Assembly: GCA_902470695.1 (NCBI GenBank)
Contig: CABRHH010000008.1
Coordinates: 8,808-72,807 of the forward strand
Reading direction: 5' to 3'
Source: an uncultured Collinsella sp.
GTDB taxonomy: Bacteria; Actinomycetota; Coriobacteriia; Coriobacteriales; Coriobacteriaceae
DNA length: 64,000 nt
Below, one piece after another: positions 30,410 to 41,434 of the stretch. The notes under the pieces were generated by a model. It was given only the letters and a program-made list of their open reading frames with translations. It was not told the origin of the DNA and did no database searches. The translations under genes and the position numbers were made by a program. Positions within the stretch are counted from its first letter, which is position 1. Each line of letters starts with the position of its first letter.

Positions 30410-30806
30410 ACGTCCCCTTTCCCTCTCCCCTCATGCGAGGGGTTGCTTACATCCCGGCATCTCCGCCGGAGTCAAACTGGTACGAACCTGATAACCAGTC
30501 CGAACTTGCCGCGGATTATAACCGTGTCTTGATCAATCTTGATGCACAGTTTGGTGGGCGGTCGAAGTTTGTCTGTGAGCGTACTCAGGACACCCTGACC
30601 ACTGGTTCTCTCTAAAGTGGGTTAGAACCACTTGTATGAGGATTTGCATACCAGAGTACTTAGGATACAAGGGGGTTTGATATCTATAATGCGTTGCGGT
30701 GCGGTTCTGCGGGGCCCCGCGATGGCGACGTCGCGGTATGGCGGAGTGGCGGTGCGATGGAGGCGTGGCAGCATGGCGGCGCGGTAGCGTGGCGGCGTAG
30801 CTGCAC

Positions 30807-30866
30807 GGAGCTTGGAGCTTGGAGCTTGGAGCTTGGAGCTTGGAGCTTGGAGCTTGGAGCTTGGAG
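30807..30866. repeat. (GGAGCTT)x8.5 perfect tandem repeat
   Basis: Read directly. Confidence 0.95.
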
Positions 30867-30894
30867 GCAGCGTAACCCACTTCGCGGCCGCGCC

Positions 30895-31048
30895 CTGCTG
30901 CAAAATCGAGGTTTTGCGAAATGGCACCGCGTCGGTCACATGTCCCAGGCCGTCCGACATCAGCAAAACCGCAGGTCGCGCTCAGCCGAAAACGGACGCG
31001 AAATGGCACCTGGGAAACGCATTTCGCAAAACCTCGATTTTGCAGCAG
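30895..31048. repeat. MITE-like element with a perfect 29-bp TIR
   Basis: CTGCTGCAAAATCGAGGTTTTGCGAAATG at 30895-30923 is inverted at 31020-31048. Confidence 0.75.
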
Positions 31049-31301
31049 ATAGTCCCGAACTAAAGCGCAGTTGCGAAATCGCACACCACGACGAACGCCC
31101 ACACGCTTTGCGGTAGCTACCACGCAAGTCGCTGTGACAAGCACATCGGGCAGCCTCCTCATTCCCGCCGAGCTGCTTAGACGCTCTCAATTTCCAGGAC
31201 ACATTTTCATCATCCTAGCTGCAGGGACAGCCTGGACTCACACACACACTTTTTGTCCTATAGCCCGCAAGCCAAGACGCGAGGCAAACTCGCAACAAAG
31301 C

Positions 31302-31332
31302 AAAAACCCGGCCTGCTGAGCAGACCGGGTTT
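31302..31332 (-). terminator. Rho-independent terminator of tRNA-Arg
   Basis: Minus strand reads AAACCCGGTCTGC-TCA-GCAGGCCGGGTTTTT. Confidence 0.8.
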
Positions 31333-31342
31333 CACAATCAAC

Positions 31343-31419
31343 TGGTGCGGCGTACAGGATTCGAACCTGTGACGTTCTGATTCGTAGTCAGACCCTCTAT
31401 CCAGCTGAGGTAACGCCGC
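31343..31419 (-). tRNA. tRNA-Arg(ACG)
   Basis: GCGGCGT/ACGCCGC acceptor stem, anticodon loop CT-ACG-AA, GGTTCGAATCC T-arm and encoded CCA; TTGACG -35 upstream. Confidence 0.97.
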
Positions 31420-31798
31420 AACGCAAGAGATATAATCGCATGCACCCCCGAATGCGTCAAGCACTTTTTAAAAATTGCTCCAACTTTTTTTGAACCCGAG
31501 AGAACTGCCAGCTCAGAGGTATGACGACATCGAGTGAAGAGGAAACCCCGCCCGACGACAGCTCCTTCGGCACGCAGAAGTGCGTTGACGACCGCGAAAC
31601 GATAGAGCCTGCACCGGGGCTGGCGCGCCAATCGCTCAACCCAACCGGCCCATCACGGCCCCGTTCGACCCCGGATGCGAACCTCTCCAGAATCGAGGCG
31701 CCGCGCCGGCGCCGCGCAAGAACCCCTCCCCAACAACATCGCCGCCCCTGCGCAAGCGCGACAGAGACGGCGATCCGCGAACTGATAAACAAATGCTT

Positions 31799-33091
31799 TT
31801 ATGCCACAGGCTCGATCTTCTCGATACCGCCCATGTACGGACGCAGAACCTCGGGCACCGTAATGGAGCCGTCGGCGTTCTGGTAGTTCTCCATGATGGC
31901 GGCCATGGTGCGCCCGGTGGGCAAGCCAGAGCCGTTGAGCGTGTGCACGAAGCGCGTGCCCTTGAAATTCTCGGAGTCGCGATACTTGATGTTCGCGCGA
32001 CGGGCCTGAAAATCGCCGCAGTTCGAGCAGGAGGAAATCTCCTTGTACGCGTTGTAGCTCGGCAGCCACACCTCGATATCGTAGGTCTGGCGGGCAGAGA
32101 AGCCCAAATCACCGGTGCACAGGCTGATCACGCGATACGGCAGGCCGAGCTGCTGCAGAATGAACTCGGCCTCGGCCACCATGCTCTCCAGCTCCTCATC
32201 GGACTGCTCGGGCGTGGCGAACTTGACCATCTCCACCTTGGTGAACTGATGCTGGCGAATGATGCCGCGCGTATCGCGACCGGCTGAACCCGCCTCCTCG
32301 CGGAAACACGACGTGCCGGCGGTGTAGCGCAGCGACAGCTGGGAGGCGTCGAGCACCTCGCCGGCGTGCAGGTTCGTAAGTGCCACCTCGGCGGTGGGGA
32401 TCAGGAACTGGTCCTCGCCGGTATGATAGGCGTCGTCCTCGAACTTGGGCAGCTGGCCCGTGCCGTACATGATCTCACGGTTGACGATCACCGGCGGGAT
32501 GAACTCGGTGAAGCCGCGCGCGATGTGGGTGTTCAGGAAGAAGTTTTGCAGCGCGCGATCGAGCGTGGCACCGGCGCCGGAAAGCACAGTGAAGCGGGCA
32601 CCGGAGAGCTTGGAGCCACGATCGAAGTCCAGGATACCGGTCTCGGTACCGAGGTCCCAGTGGGCCTTGGGCTCAAAGCCCTCGGCGGCAAAATCGCGCG
32701 GCTCGCCCACCCGGCGGCGCTCGGGATTCTCGTTCTCATCCTTGCCCACGGGCGTGGCCTCGTAGGGCAGGTTGGGCAGGTGCGCCATGAAATCGTGCAG
32801 CTCGTCCTCGAGCTCGGAACGGCGGCTGGCCAGGCTCTCGATGCGCTCGTTCACCTCGCGCACAGCGTTTTTCGCCGCATCGGCCTCGTCGCGCCTGCCC
32901 TCCTTCATGAGCACGCCGATCTTCTTCGACTCGGCGTTGCGCGTGGCCTGGAGCTCCTCAACCTCGGCGATCACGGAACGACGGGCCTCGTCGATCTCGA
33001 AGAATTTGCTGCGATCCCACGAGGTCTGGCGATTCGCCATCGCGGCGTCGACCGCGTCGGGGTTCTCGCGAACGAACTTGATATCGAGCAT
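31799..33091 (-). CDS. serS: Serine--tRNA ligase
   Basis: MLDIKFVRENP, LIPTAEV, FREEAGSAGRDTRGIIRQHQF, EISSCSNC and HTLNGSG; GGAGG RBS. Confidence 0.98.
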   Translation of the reverse strand: MLDIKFVRENPDAVDAAMANRQTSWDRSKFFEIDEARRSVIAEVEELQATRNAESKKIGVLMKEGRRDEADAAKNAVREVNERIESLASRRSELEDELHDFMAHLPNLPYEATPVGKDENENPERRRVGEPRDFAAEGFEPKAHWDLGTETGILDFDRGSKLSGARFTVLSGAGATLDRALQNFFLNTHIARGFTEFIPPVIVNREIMYGTGQLPKFEDDAYHTGEDQFLIPTAEVALTNLHAGEVLDASQLSLRYTAGTSCFREEAGSAGRDTRGIIRQHQFTKVEMVKFATPEQSDEELESMVAEAEFILQQLGLPYRVISLCTGDLGFSARQTYDIEVWLPSYNAYKEISSCSNCGDFQARRANIKYRDSENFKGTRFVHTLNGSGLPTGRTMAAIMENYQNADGSITVPEVLRPYMGGIEKIEPVA

Positions 33092-33191
33092 GGTGCCTCC
33101 GTGTTCCTTGCGTACGTTTGTGCAGTGCAAGTATATACTGGTACCACTAAATTGTGGCATGCCAGCTATGGCGATGAAAGCGAGACGCAGG

Positions 33192-33356
33192 ATGGACACG
33201 TTTTTTGATTTTCTGTTCAACACGCGCGGCGGCGTTGCCGTGCTGTTCGTTGCCGGAATCATCATCTTTGCGTTCGTAGCGTTCCTGCTGGAAAAGCGCA
33301 CGCAGAAGATCTACGTTGACCGCGGTGAGCCCGACGACGGTGACAGCTGGTTTTAA
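33192..33356 (+). CDS. Small single-TM protein (54 aa; resembles a Coriobacteriia DUF6724-type protein)
   Basis: MDTFFDFLFNTRGGVAVLFVAG... with one TM helix and a charged tail. Family name recalled, unverified. Confidence 0.65.
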   Translation: MDTFFDFLFNTRGGVAVLFVAGIIIFAFVAFLLEKRTQKIYVDRGEPDDGDSWF

Positions 33357-33599
33357 TGGCACGTAGGCCGAATGTGAGCAACCTGTTGGTGCACAACAGA
33401 CCGCTCAAAACGAAATCGGCTTTGCAGGGCAATAACCGTAATTCGGCCTTCCGTTTCCACAGCTCCTTTCAGATGCGGGCCGCCAGAAAGCTCTATCTGA
33501 TGTAACTTCCGGTGCCTTGCGATTAGAAATTCACTGTTACGCATTTAAGTATCTATGTATCCGCAAGATTGCATCTGTTTTTACAGAGCCATTTTACCC

Positions 33600-33782
33600 T
33601 GGTCGCAAACCTCATCTAATGGGTGTTTCACCTGCGAAATATCGTATGCATGACGCGCCCGCCGGGCTCCCGCGAGCAAAATACCGGCCAAAAGCGCCAA
33701 AGATGCCTCAATATCGACGATATCCGGCTTCATGGCGTCGATTCGCACCGTGCAAACACCCATTAGATGGCATTTGCGACCA
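33600..33782. repeat. MITE-like element with an imperfect 29-bp TIR
   Basis: TGGTCGCAAACCTCATCTAATGGGTGTTT (33600-33628) versus AAACACCCATTAGATGGCATTTGCGACCA (33754-33782): 26/29 match as an inverted repeat. Confidence 0.7.
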
Positions 33783-34003
33783 CTGTTCATCAACCCTTTT
33801 ATTATATGACCCACTGCGTATTTACTATGATTTGGCATCATGGATAGAAGCGCGCAATTATTAAGATTATTAGATTGCAGGCCGCAACCCGCACAACAGC
33901 CTGCACACACCAAGAGCCCGGCCCCGGAGAGATTCCGGAACCGGGCTCATCAGGATGCCGGGATTCGGCCACTATGCTGGACTGCCCCCTGGGAGCGCAG
34001 CGC

Positions 34004-34423
34004 CTAATGCCAAACCTCGCGCTCCTTCTTCACGTTGCGCGCGAACACGAACGCACCCGCGACCTCGGCGACCCCCAGCACCAGCAGCACGGCGTCGGCA
34101 ACATCGATGTTCGAGAAGCCCTGCCAAGCCCAAAACGCCACGTTCACCGCCGCAAGCACGATGCTGCCATATACCATGGCGCACGTTGTATTGATCTTGG
34201 ACGGCACATTGGCCGACTGCATCCCCGACAAGCCAGTCAGCAGAAAGACCGCGCACGTCACCGCGGAAACGGCCGCGTAGGGCATCGCCGCATCAGTGCC
34301 GGAAATCGGCGCGGCGCTGATGAGGCCAAACCCCGCTATCAACACCCCGCATACCAAAAAGCCAATGCTTGTCAGCACCATCAACATCGAGACGATCTTC
34401 AGGAACTTACGCGACGCGCTCAT
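34004..34423 (-). CDS. Four-TM hypothetical membrane protein
   Basis: Four hydrophobic segments; AAGGGAG RBS before MSASRKFLK. Confidence 0.7.
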   Translation of the reverse strand: MSASRKFLKIVSMLMVLTSIGFLVCGVLIAGFGLISAAPISGTDAAMPYAAVSAVTCAVFLLTGLSGMQSANVPSKINTTCAMVYGSIVLAAVNVAFWAWQGFSNIDVADAVLLVLGVAEVAGAFVFARNVKKEREVWH

Positions 34424-34884
34424 GCGCTCTCCCTTCATTGCGCGAAGGGGCGCTCGCACGCCCCCTCAAACATCGTTGCAGCTCTTTCGTTATAGTACCC
34501 CATGCATCAGTCCAGCCGATCAACGCGGGGCAGCAATAATGCACGCGCCCTGCGGCAGCACCGACCAGCGACGCCGGCGCAGGGCGGCAACAGGCACAAC
34601 CCCGTAGTAGCATCGGCCAGCGATACCAGCGCGGGGGTGCGTCCGCCGCGGACCAATTATGGCTCGAATACCTACTCCCGCACGGGGCGCCGACACGCGG
34701 GTCAACGTATTCGAGCGCTCGCCGCGCGGCGGCCGGCACGCACTTCGGCATGCGCCTCGGCATGCACAAACGCCGGCGCAGCGGCACGCGGGCCCGCCCA
34801 TGCACCACGCCTCGCAAGCACGGTCAGCCCGTTACCGCACGGTGTCCGCTGCCAGCCAAGCCAAGCCAAGCCAGGCTCGGGAGC

Positions 34885-35847
34885 CTAATCCTGCACCGGA
34901 ATCGGCGCAGCAGCCGCTGCGTCGCTCGCCTGCTCGGCCGTCAGCATCTGCTCGAACATCGACGAAGTCTGCTTGAAATCGCTCGGCAGTACCACCGCGG
35001 CGCTCTTGCCCGTCTTGGCAAACTCGCCCATCATCTCGGCCCACTGCGTGAACATGAACAGCTGGTTGGCCTCCTCATTGCTCACGCCGGTTTCCTGAAT
35101 CGTCTCCAGCGAGTCCTTGATACCGATAGCGATGGCCTTGCGCTGGTTGGCGATGCCCTCGCCGGCCTTCTCCATTGCCTCTGCCTCGGCGCGCGCCTCG
35201 GTAACACGGCGAATGCGGTCGGCCTCGGCCAGATCCTGTGCGGCGGCCTTCGTGCGCTGCGCGGCGTTGATCTGGTTCATGGAGTCCTCGACCTCGGCAG
35301 GCAGCGCAATCTTGGTGATCAGCGTGGATACCAGCGTAAAGCCGTAGGCGTCCATCTGCTCGGATACGGTAGCGTTCACGTCCTTGGCGATGTCGTCCTT
35401 CTTGGCGAAGACCTCATCGAGCGTGTAGACGGGGATGGACGAGCGCAGCGCGTCGGTGATGAAGTCGCGCATCTGCGCCACGGGTTGCTGCAGCATGTAG
35501 TAGCTCTTGTACACGCCCGACTCGGTGGGGCCCGAGCCCATCTCATAGCTCACGTGGTACTGGGCCGACACCTCGAGACCGATCGTGACGTTGTCCTCGG
35601 TCTTGACGTCGATATCGAAGCCGTTTTTCATGGTGCGCAGCGAAACTGTGGCCGCCTTGCGGTCGACGAACGGAATTTTCACGTGGAAGCCGGCACCCAC
35701 GATGGTGTGGAACTTACCCAGGCGCTCGATGATCACCGCATGTTGCTGCTGGACGACGAAAAACAGGTTGCCCGTGAGCAGGCCGATGATGGCGATAAGC
35801 ACCACCAAGCCGATAATCCCCTGGAAGAGTTCAACGATCATGTACAT
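34885..35847 (-). CDS. SPFH/Band 7 (stomatin-like) membrane protein
   Basis: N-terminal TM, IIERLGKF, VKTEDNV, coiled-coil AEAEA region. Confidence 0.92.
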   Translation of the reverse strand: MYMIVELFQGIIGLVVLIAIIGLLTGNLFFVVQQQHAVIIERLGKFHTIVGAGFHVKIPFVDRKAATVSLRTMKNGFDIDVKTEDNVTIGLEVSAQYHVSYEMGSGPTESGVYKSYYMLQQPVAQMRDFITDALRSSIPVYTLDEVFAKKDDIAKDVNATVSEQMDAYGFTLVSTLITKIALPAEVEDSMNQINAAQRTKAAAQDLAEADRIRRVTEARAEAEAMEKAGEGIANQRKAIAIGIKDSLETIQETGVSNEEANQLFMFTQWAEMMGEFAKTGKSAAVVLPSDFKQTSSMFEQMLTAEQASDAAAAAPIPVQD

Positions 35848-36170
35848 AGTTGGTCCTTAGAACGGAGGAACACTGTTCTCAGGATACCTGTTCGGAGGGT
35901 TGAAGTATCGGCGATTCCCGCACAGACCGGTGAATGGCCGGTTTGGACCGGTATATGCATGGGACGGTCCATATATAAGGAGTGCGCCACACATCCCGCA
36001 AGGGGCTGGCCCGACATATGTGGCCCATCCCGTGAAGCTAAGTCGGCGAAGACGAAAGACACGCGATCAGAACCATACGAACCTCGTCGAATGCTGCGAG
36101 CAGGGCTGCTGGACCCACTCGGCGACGATTCGCATGTCGAGCTTGGAAGCCGCCTCGAACAGGGCGCACG

Positions 36171-36195
36171 AAAAAAGCTCCCCGAAGGGAGCTTT
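36171..36195 (-). terminator. Rho-independent terminator of tRNA-Leu(CAG)
   Basis: Minus strand reads AAAGCTCCC-TTCG-GGGAGCTTTTTT. Confidence 0.85.
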
Positions 36196-36204
36196 CAGTT
36201 CAGA

Positions 36205-36291
36205 TGGTGCGGGCGAAAGGACTTGAACCTTCACGGGGTTGCCCCCATATGGACCTGAACCATACGCGTCTGCCAATTCCGCCACGCCCGC
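36205..36291 (-). tRNA. tRNA-Leu(CAG)
   Basis: GCGGGCG acceptor, TATGG-TT-CAG-GT-CCATA anticodon arm, long variable arm and CCA end. Confidence 0.96.
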
Positions 36292-36439
36292 ATGGAGCTA
36301 TATAGTACCCAAACACCCTCAGCCGTTCAAGAGAAATTTCCAATCTTTTTTTCGAGAATCACAGCACATCCCAGCACGCTCGCGCCCCATCTAACAACCG
36401 CCCCGCGCCTCGCCGCGTGGTACACTTCTCCCCATGCAA

Positions 36440-36524
36440 GGGGGCGTGGCGGAATTGGCATACGCAGGAGACTTAAAATCTTCAGCCTTCGGGATTGTGG
36501 GTTCGAGTCCCACCGCCCCTACCA
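36440..36524 (+). tRNA. tRNA-Leu(TAA)
   Basis: GGGGGCG acceptor, GGAGA-CT-TAA-AA-TCTTC anticodon arm, variable arm, GGTTCGAGTCC and CCA end. Confidence 0.96.
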
Positions 36525-36807
36525 TGCAAGAAATCGTGCGGACCAGACCGGGCCCGCTTTTCCGTGCACCGCGCACGGACTCGAACCCGGGAGGGCGCGG
36601 AGCCGAGGGAACGCGGAAGCGTTACCCGGCGCAGCGCGCGAGACGCCGGGAGGCGTCGAAGCGGGGCGCGGGCGGCGCCAGCCGCACGCGGAGTCCCACC
36701 AACGCTCGCTGCCCCGGTAGCCCCTGCTGCGTCGAGCCCCGCAGTAAACCCAGACGCCGCATCGAACTCGGTCGCCGCAGCAGGACCGACCACCATACCA
36801 GCCTCAG

Positions 36808-37812
36808 CTACCGAACCGGGCTCAGCTCCGGCGTCCATCCGATCGTCGGCGCACGGCCATCAAGCACCTCGCCCATGGTTGCCGTCGCGCCCGCCAATAG
36901 GCTGTTCTCGCTCACCGTCAGGCTCTCGTACCCGCCGGCGCGCATCGCCACGCGAATCACCAGCGCTCCGGCCAGCATCACGGGCGCACGCTTGGGCTGA
37001 ATGCCCGGAAGCGCCGCGGCGCCCGCAGCATCCAGGCAGCGCAGCCGCTCGATGCTCGCCTCGACCTCAGCCAGCGAAAGCTCATGCAGGTGCACGAAAT
37101 GAGAATCATAGGTCACCAAGCCGTGCACCATCGCCACCAGCGAGGTGACCGTTCCGCCAACCGCCACCAGCCGGTCGGGGCGCTCATCAAGCGCATCCCA
37201 AAACGCCTCGAACTGCGGCTGCACCCATGCGCAGGCGCGTTCAAGCTCCCCGGCAGCAGGCGGCAGGGAGGAGAAAAACCGCTCCGTCACCCGACGGCAC
37301 CCGATGTCCAGCGAGCGCACGCGCTCAAGCGTCAACGGCTCGCCCGGCGCATACGCCCCGATAGCGAACTCCGTTGAGCCGCCGCCCGAATCGGCCACGG
37401 CGATACGCTGCCCCGAAAAATCATGCGCCACGCCGAAAAACGTCAGCCGCGCCTCCACCTCGCCAGGAATCACCTGCGGACGCAGCCCCAGCTCGGCCAA
37501 ACCCGCCAGCAGGTCGGCCCCGTTTTCCGCATCGCGGGCAGCGCTCGTAAGCGTGGTGCACACAAACTCGACCTCGCGCGACGCCGCCTCATGCAAAAAC
37601 CCACGGCACGCATCGAGCACGCGCCGCTGCGCCGCCTCGGTAAAGCGGCCCGTGGCATCGACACCCTCGCCCAGATCGGTGATCTGCGTGCATCTGAACA
37701 ACTGCTGCGGCCGCCCATCACGCAGCTCCGCGCACAGCAGACGCGTGGACACGGTTCCGATGTCGATCGCCGCGATACGCCGCGGGCGAGGGCGTGCGCC
37801 CGAAGCCGTCAC
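36808..37812 (-). CDS. ppx: Ppx/GppA family exopolyphosphatase
   Basis: AAIDIGT, TSAARDAEN, GEVEA, DSGGGSTE and VAVGGT; GTG start overlaps the upstream TGA. Confidence 0.88.
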   Translation of the reverse strand: MTASGARPRPRRIAAIDIGTVSTRLLCAELRDGRPQQLFRCTQITDLGEGVDATGRFTEAAQRRVLDACRGFLHEAASREVEFVCTTLTSAARDAENGADLLAGLAELGLRPQVIPGEVEARLTFFGVAHDFSGQRIAVADSGGGSTEFAIGAYAPGEPLTLERVRSLDIGCRRVTERFFSSLPPAAGELERACAWVQPQFEAFWDALDERPDRLVAVGGTVTSLVAMVHGLVTYDSHFVHLHELSLAEVEASIERLRCLDAAGAAALPGIQPKRAPVMLAGALVIRVAMRAGGYESLTVSENSLLAGATATMGEVLDGRAPTIGWTPELSPVR

Positions 37813-39146
37813 GACGCATCGCCGGTGGAAACCACCGCCATGCCGTTCGCGCCGTCGAAGAAAAACACCTTGTCGAGCACCTTCCAATACCAGGCAGAAT
37901 TCTCATAAACCGCACGCTCGGCCGCCTCCACCTCGGCGGAGGTCGACGGGTCCTTGCCCGACGTGGCGGCATCGGTATTGGACCCCGTCTTGCTGGCATC
38001 GGCCGCATCGGAGCCCTTGAGCGTTCCGCCCGAAGCATCAGACGAATCGCTGCCCGAATCCGCGCTGGAGCCGCCATCCGAGCTCGCATCCGTCTTGGCA
38101 TCGCCCGAGGCATCCGTCCCATCGGCGTTCCCGGACGCATCCTGCGACCCGGCCGAGGCATCTTGGCCCGACGAGGAATCGGACGAGCCGCCGCTCGAGG
38201 AGTCCGTCCCCTCGGTCACCGGATTGCCATTTTCGTCCAGTCCCTCCACCGTGATGGTCTGCTCACCCGGCATCACCATGCCGAGCTTCTTGCGGGCGGC
38301 GTCCTCGATTCCCTCCTGGGACAGGTACGAATCGACCTCGTCGGTAAGGGCCTCGTTGTACTTCTTGCGGATGGCCACCTGCTGCTCCAGGATATCCTGC
38401 GTGCGATACGCCACGTAGAAGTCGCGTATGGGCAGGTAGAGCCCCACGCCCACCAGCGCCATCACCAGCAGGTAGAACACGAAGCGGCGCGGCCCGGTGG
38501 TGAGTGCGTAGAAGAACCGGATGAAGCGGTTATCGCTTGCATACTTCATGAAGTCGGTCTGCTGTGCCGCGCTTTTGCCGGCGGCGGCACGGTTCGCGCT
38601 TCGTTTGGTGAACAGCGAAGCCAGCGCCACAAAGGGGGCTACCGCAATCGAGGCGAGCTTGGGCACCTTGTGTTCGGTCACGGGGCGCGGACCGCGCACG
38701 GAGGCACCCGTGCGCCCGGGATGCGCCGTGCGCGCCGGAAAGACAACCGGCCCCTGCGCGTCCACGTGCTCCCGGTCCCGTGCGCCCGACACGCCCGGAT
38801 TGCCAGCGCGGCCCGACCGGCCAGCAGCAGAGCCGGCACCTCCGCTCCAACGACCCGCACGCGAGGAGCCGAACGAACGCCCGCGCGAGGCGTGCGACGA
38901 CGCAGCGCCCGGTGCTCCGGCAACCCCCTGCGAACCATCCGCACCCCGGGCGCCCATATCCCACGCGCTATCGCGACCCGTACGCGCACCGGCGCGCGAC
39001 GCTGACCCGGCCGATGCCGACCGCCGCGAAGCCAGCGAGAGGTCCCCGGTCTTGTTGGGGTCGAGCGCTCGCCGCGGCGTGCGGACGAGAGCGGCCGTCC
39101 CGGTGGACGGCGATGCGGAACCGTTGTCGTTGAAGTGTGTTGCCAT
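37809..39146 (-). CDS. Septum formation initiator (FtsB/DivIC-like) with long disordered termini
   Basis: TM helix, coiled coil, then IEDAARKKLGMVMPGE; sits in the eno-ftsB-ppx position. Confidence 0.8.
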   Translation of the reverse strand: MATHFNDNGSASPSTGTAALVRTPRRALDPNKTGDLSLASRRSASAGSASRAGARTGRDSAWDMGARGADGSQGVAGAPGAASSHASRGRSFGSSRAGRWSGGAGSAAGRSGRAGNPGVSGARDREHVDAQGPVVFPARTAHPGRTGASVRGPRPVTEHKVPKLASIAVAPFVALASLFTKRSANRAAAGKSAAQQTDFMKYASDNRFIRFFYALTTGPRRFVFYLLVMALVGVGLYLPIRDFYVAYRTQDILEQQVAIRKKYNEALTDEVDSYLSQEGIEDAARKKLGMVMPGEQTITVEGLDENGNPVTEGTDSSSGGSSDSSSGQDASAGSQDASGNADGTDASGDAKTDASSDGGSSADSGSDSSDASGGTLKGSDAADASKTGSNTDAATSGKDPSTSAEVEAAERAVYENSAWYWKVLDKVFFFDGANGMAVVSTGDAS

Positions 39147-39281
39147 GGGCGCCTTGTGTGTTTGAAGTGCGTGTGCGCTTGGTGTATGTCGTGTAGTTAG
39201 TTATACCACGCGCCCGCAAACCAGATGTGCAGGCTTTGCGCCGCCCGCCGCGCAAATCGGCAGCCGGACCCGCGCGACGCC

Positions 39282-39869
39282 CTACGCCCCGGGCGTCTGC
39301 GCACCATACAATGCCAGCTCAAGCACGTCGAGCACAATCGCCTGCGAAGCCTCGCCGCGGCGCAGGCTGTCGAGCATCGACGACCAGATGAACGCGGCAA
39401 GCGCCTCTTCATCCAGCCGCGCACGAGCGCGCGCCAAGATCCTGTCATCCGCCTCAATCACCTGCTGGATGCTTGCCTGGATCGACCGAAAGCAAGCCGC
39501 CTCGGCATCGCGCGTGCGCTCGCGGGTCCGCCCGTCCAGCGCCGGCATGTCCCGCAGCCAATACTCCCGAAAGCCGGCGAGCGACGACCCCAGCGCCTCG
39601 AGCAGCCGACGGCAGTAGCACAGCGTGCTGCCCTCGCCCGCCCTGCATGCCGCCCGGTTCGCCCGCTCAAGGGCCTCGAGCCAAAAGCGCTGGATCACCT
39701 CGGTGCGCAAGGCGGCCATGTCGGGAAAATAGTTGTAGATGGTCCCCACGGCGACCCCGCACTCCCGCGCGATGGAGCGGGTGTCGAGCGCCGAGATGCC
39801 CTCGGCGCAGGCCCGGTCATAGGCCTTCTGCAGAATCTCGTCGCGCGTAATCGTTTGCTTGCTGCCCAT
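39282..39869 (-). CDS. TetR/AcrR family regulator
   Basis: HTH (RSIARECGVAVGTIYNYFP). Confidence 0.9.
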   Translation of the reverse strand: MGSKQTITRDEILQKAYDRACAEGISALDTRSIARECGVAVGTIYNYFPDMAALRTEVIQRFWLEALERANRAACRAGEGSTLCYCRRLLEALGSSLAGFREYWLRDMPALDGRTRERTRDAEAACFRSIQASIQQVIEADDRILARARARLDEEALAAFIWSSMLDSLRRGEASQAIVLDVLELALYGAQTPGA

Positions 39870-39998
39870 CCGGCCCTCCTATCGTCTCGTTGCGGGTGCC
39901 GTCCATCTTACGGGCAGCCGGGGCATAACGCAAAAAACGCGCGGGCCGTGCGGCAGCAGCCGCAAGACCCGCGCGCTCAGATACCGCGACGAGCGCGA

Positions 39999-41366
<1,368 letters not shown>

Positions 41367-41434
41367 TCAAGCATCAAGCGAACGGGACGCAGAGCACACG
41401 GGGAATTCGCATGCGGCGGGGCGGGAGGGCCGCC

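Noticed and set aside
25004..31419. GH101 region as an island integrated at tRNA-Arg
   Set aside because: No integrase, no duplicated tRNA 3' end found, and GH101 codon usage is host-like.
33356..33505. 49-codon ORF overlapping the small membrane gene stop (TAATG)
   Set aside because: Atypical codon usage, no RBS and no recognisable motif; probably chance.
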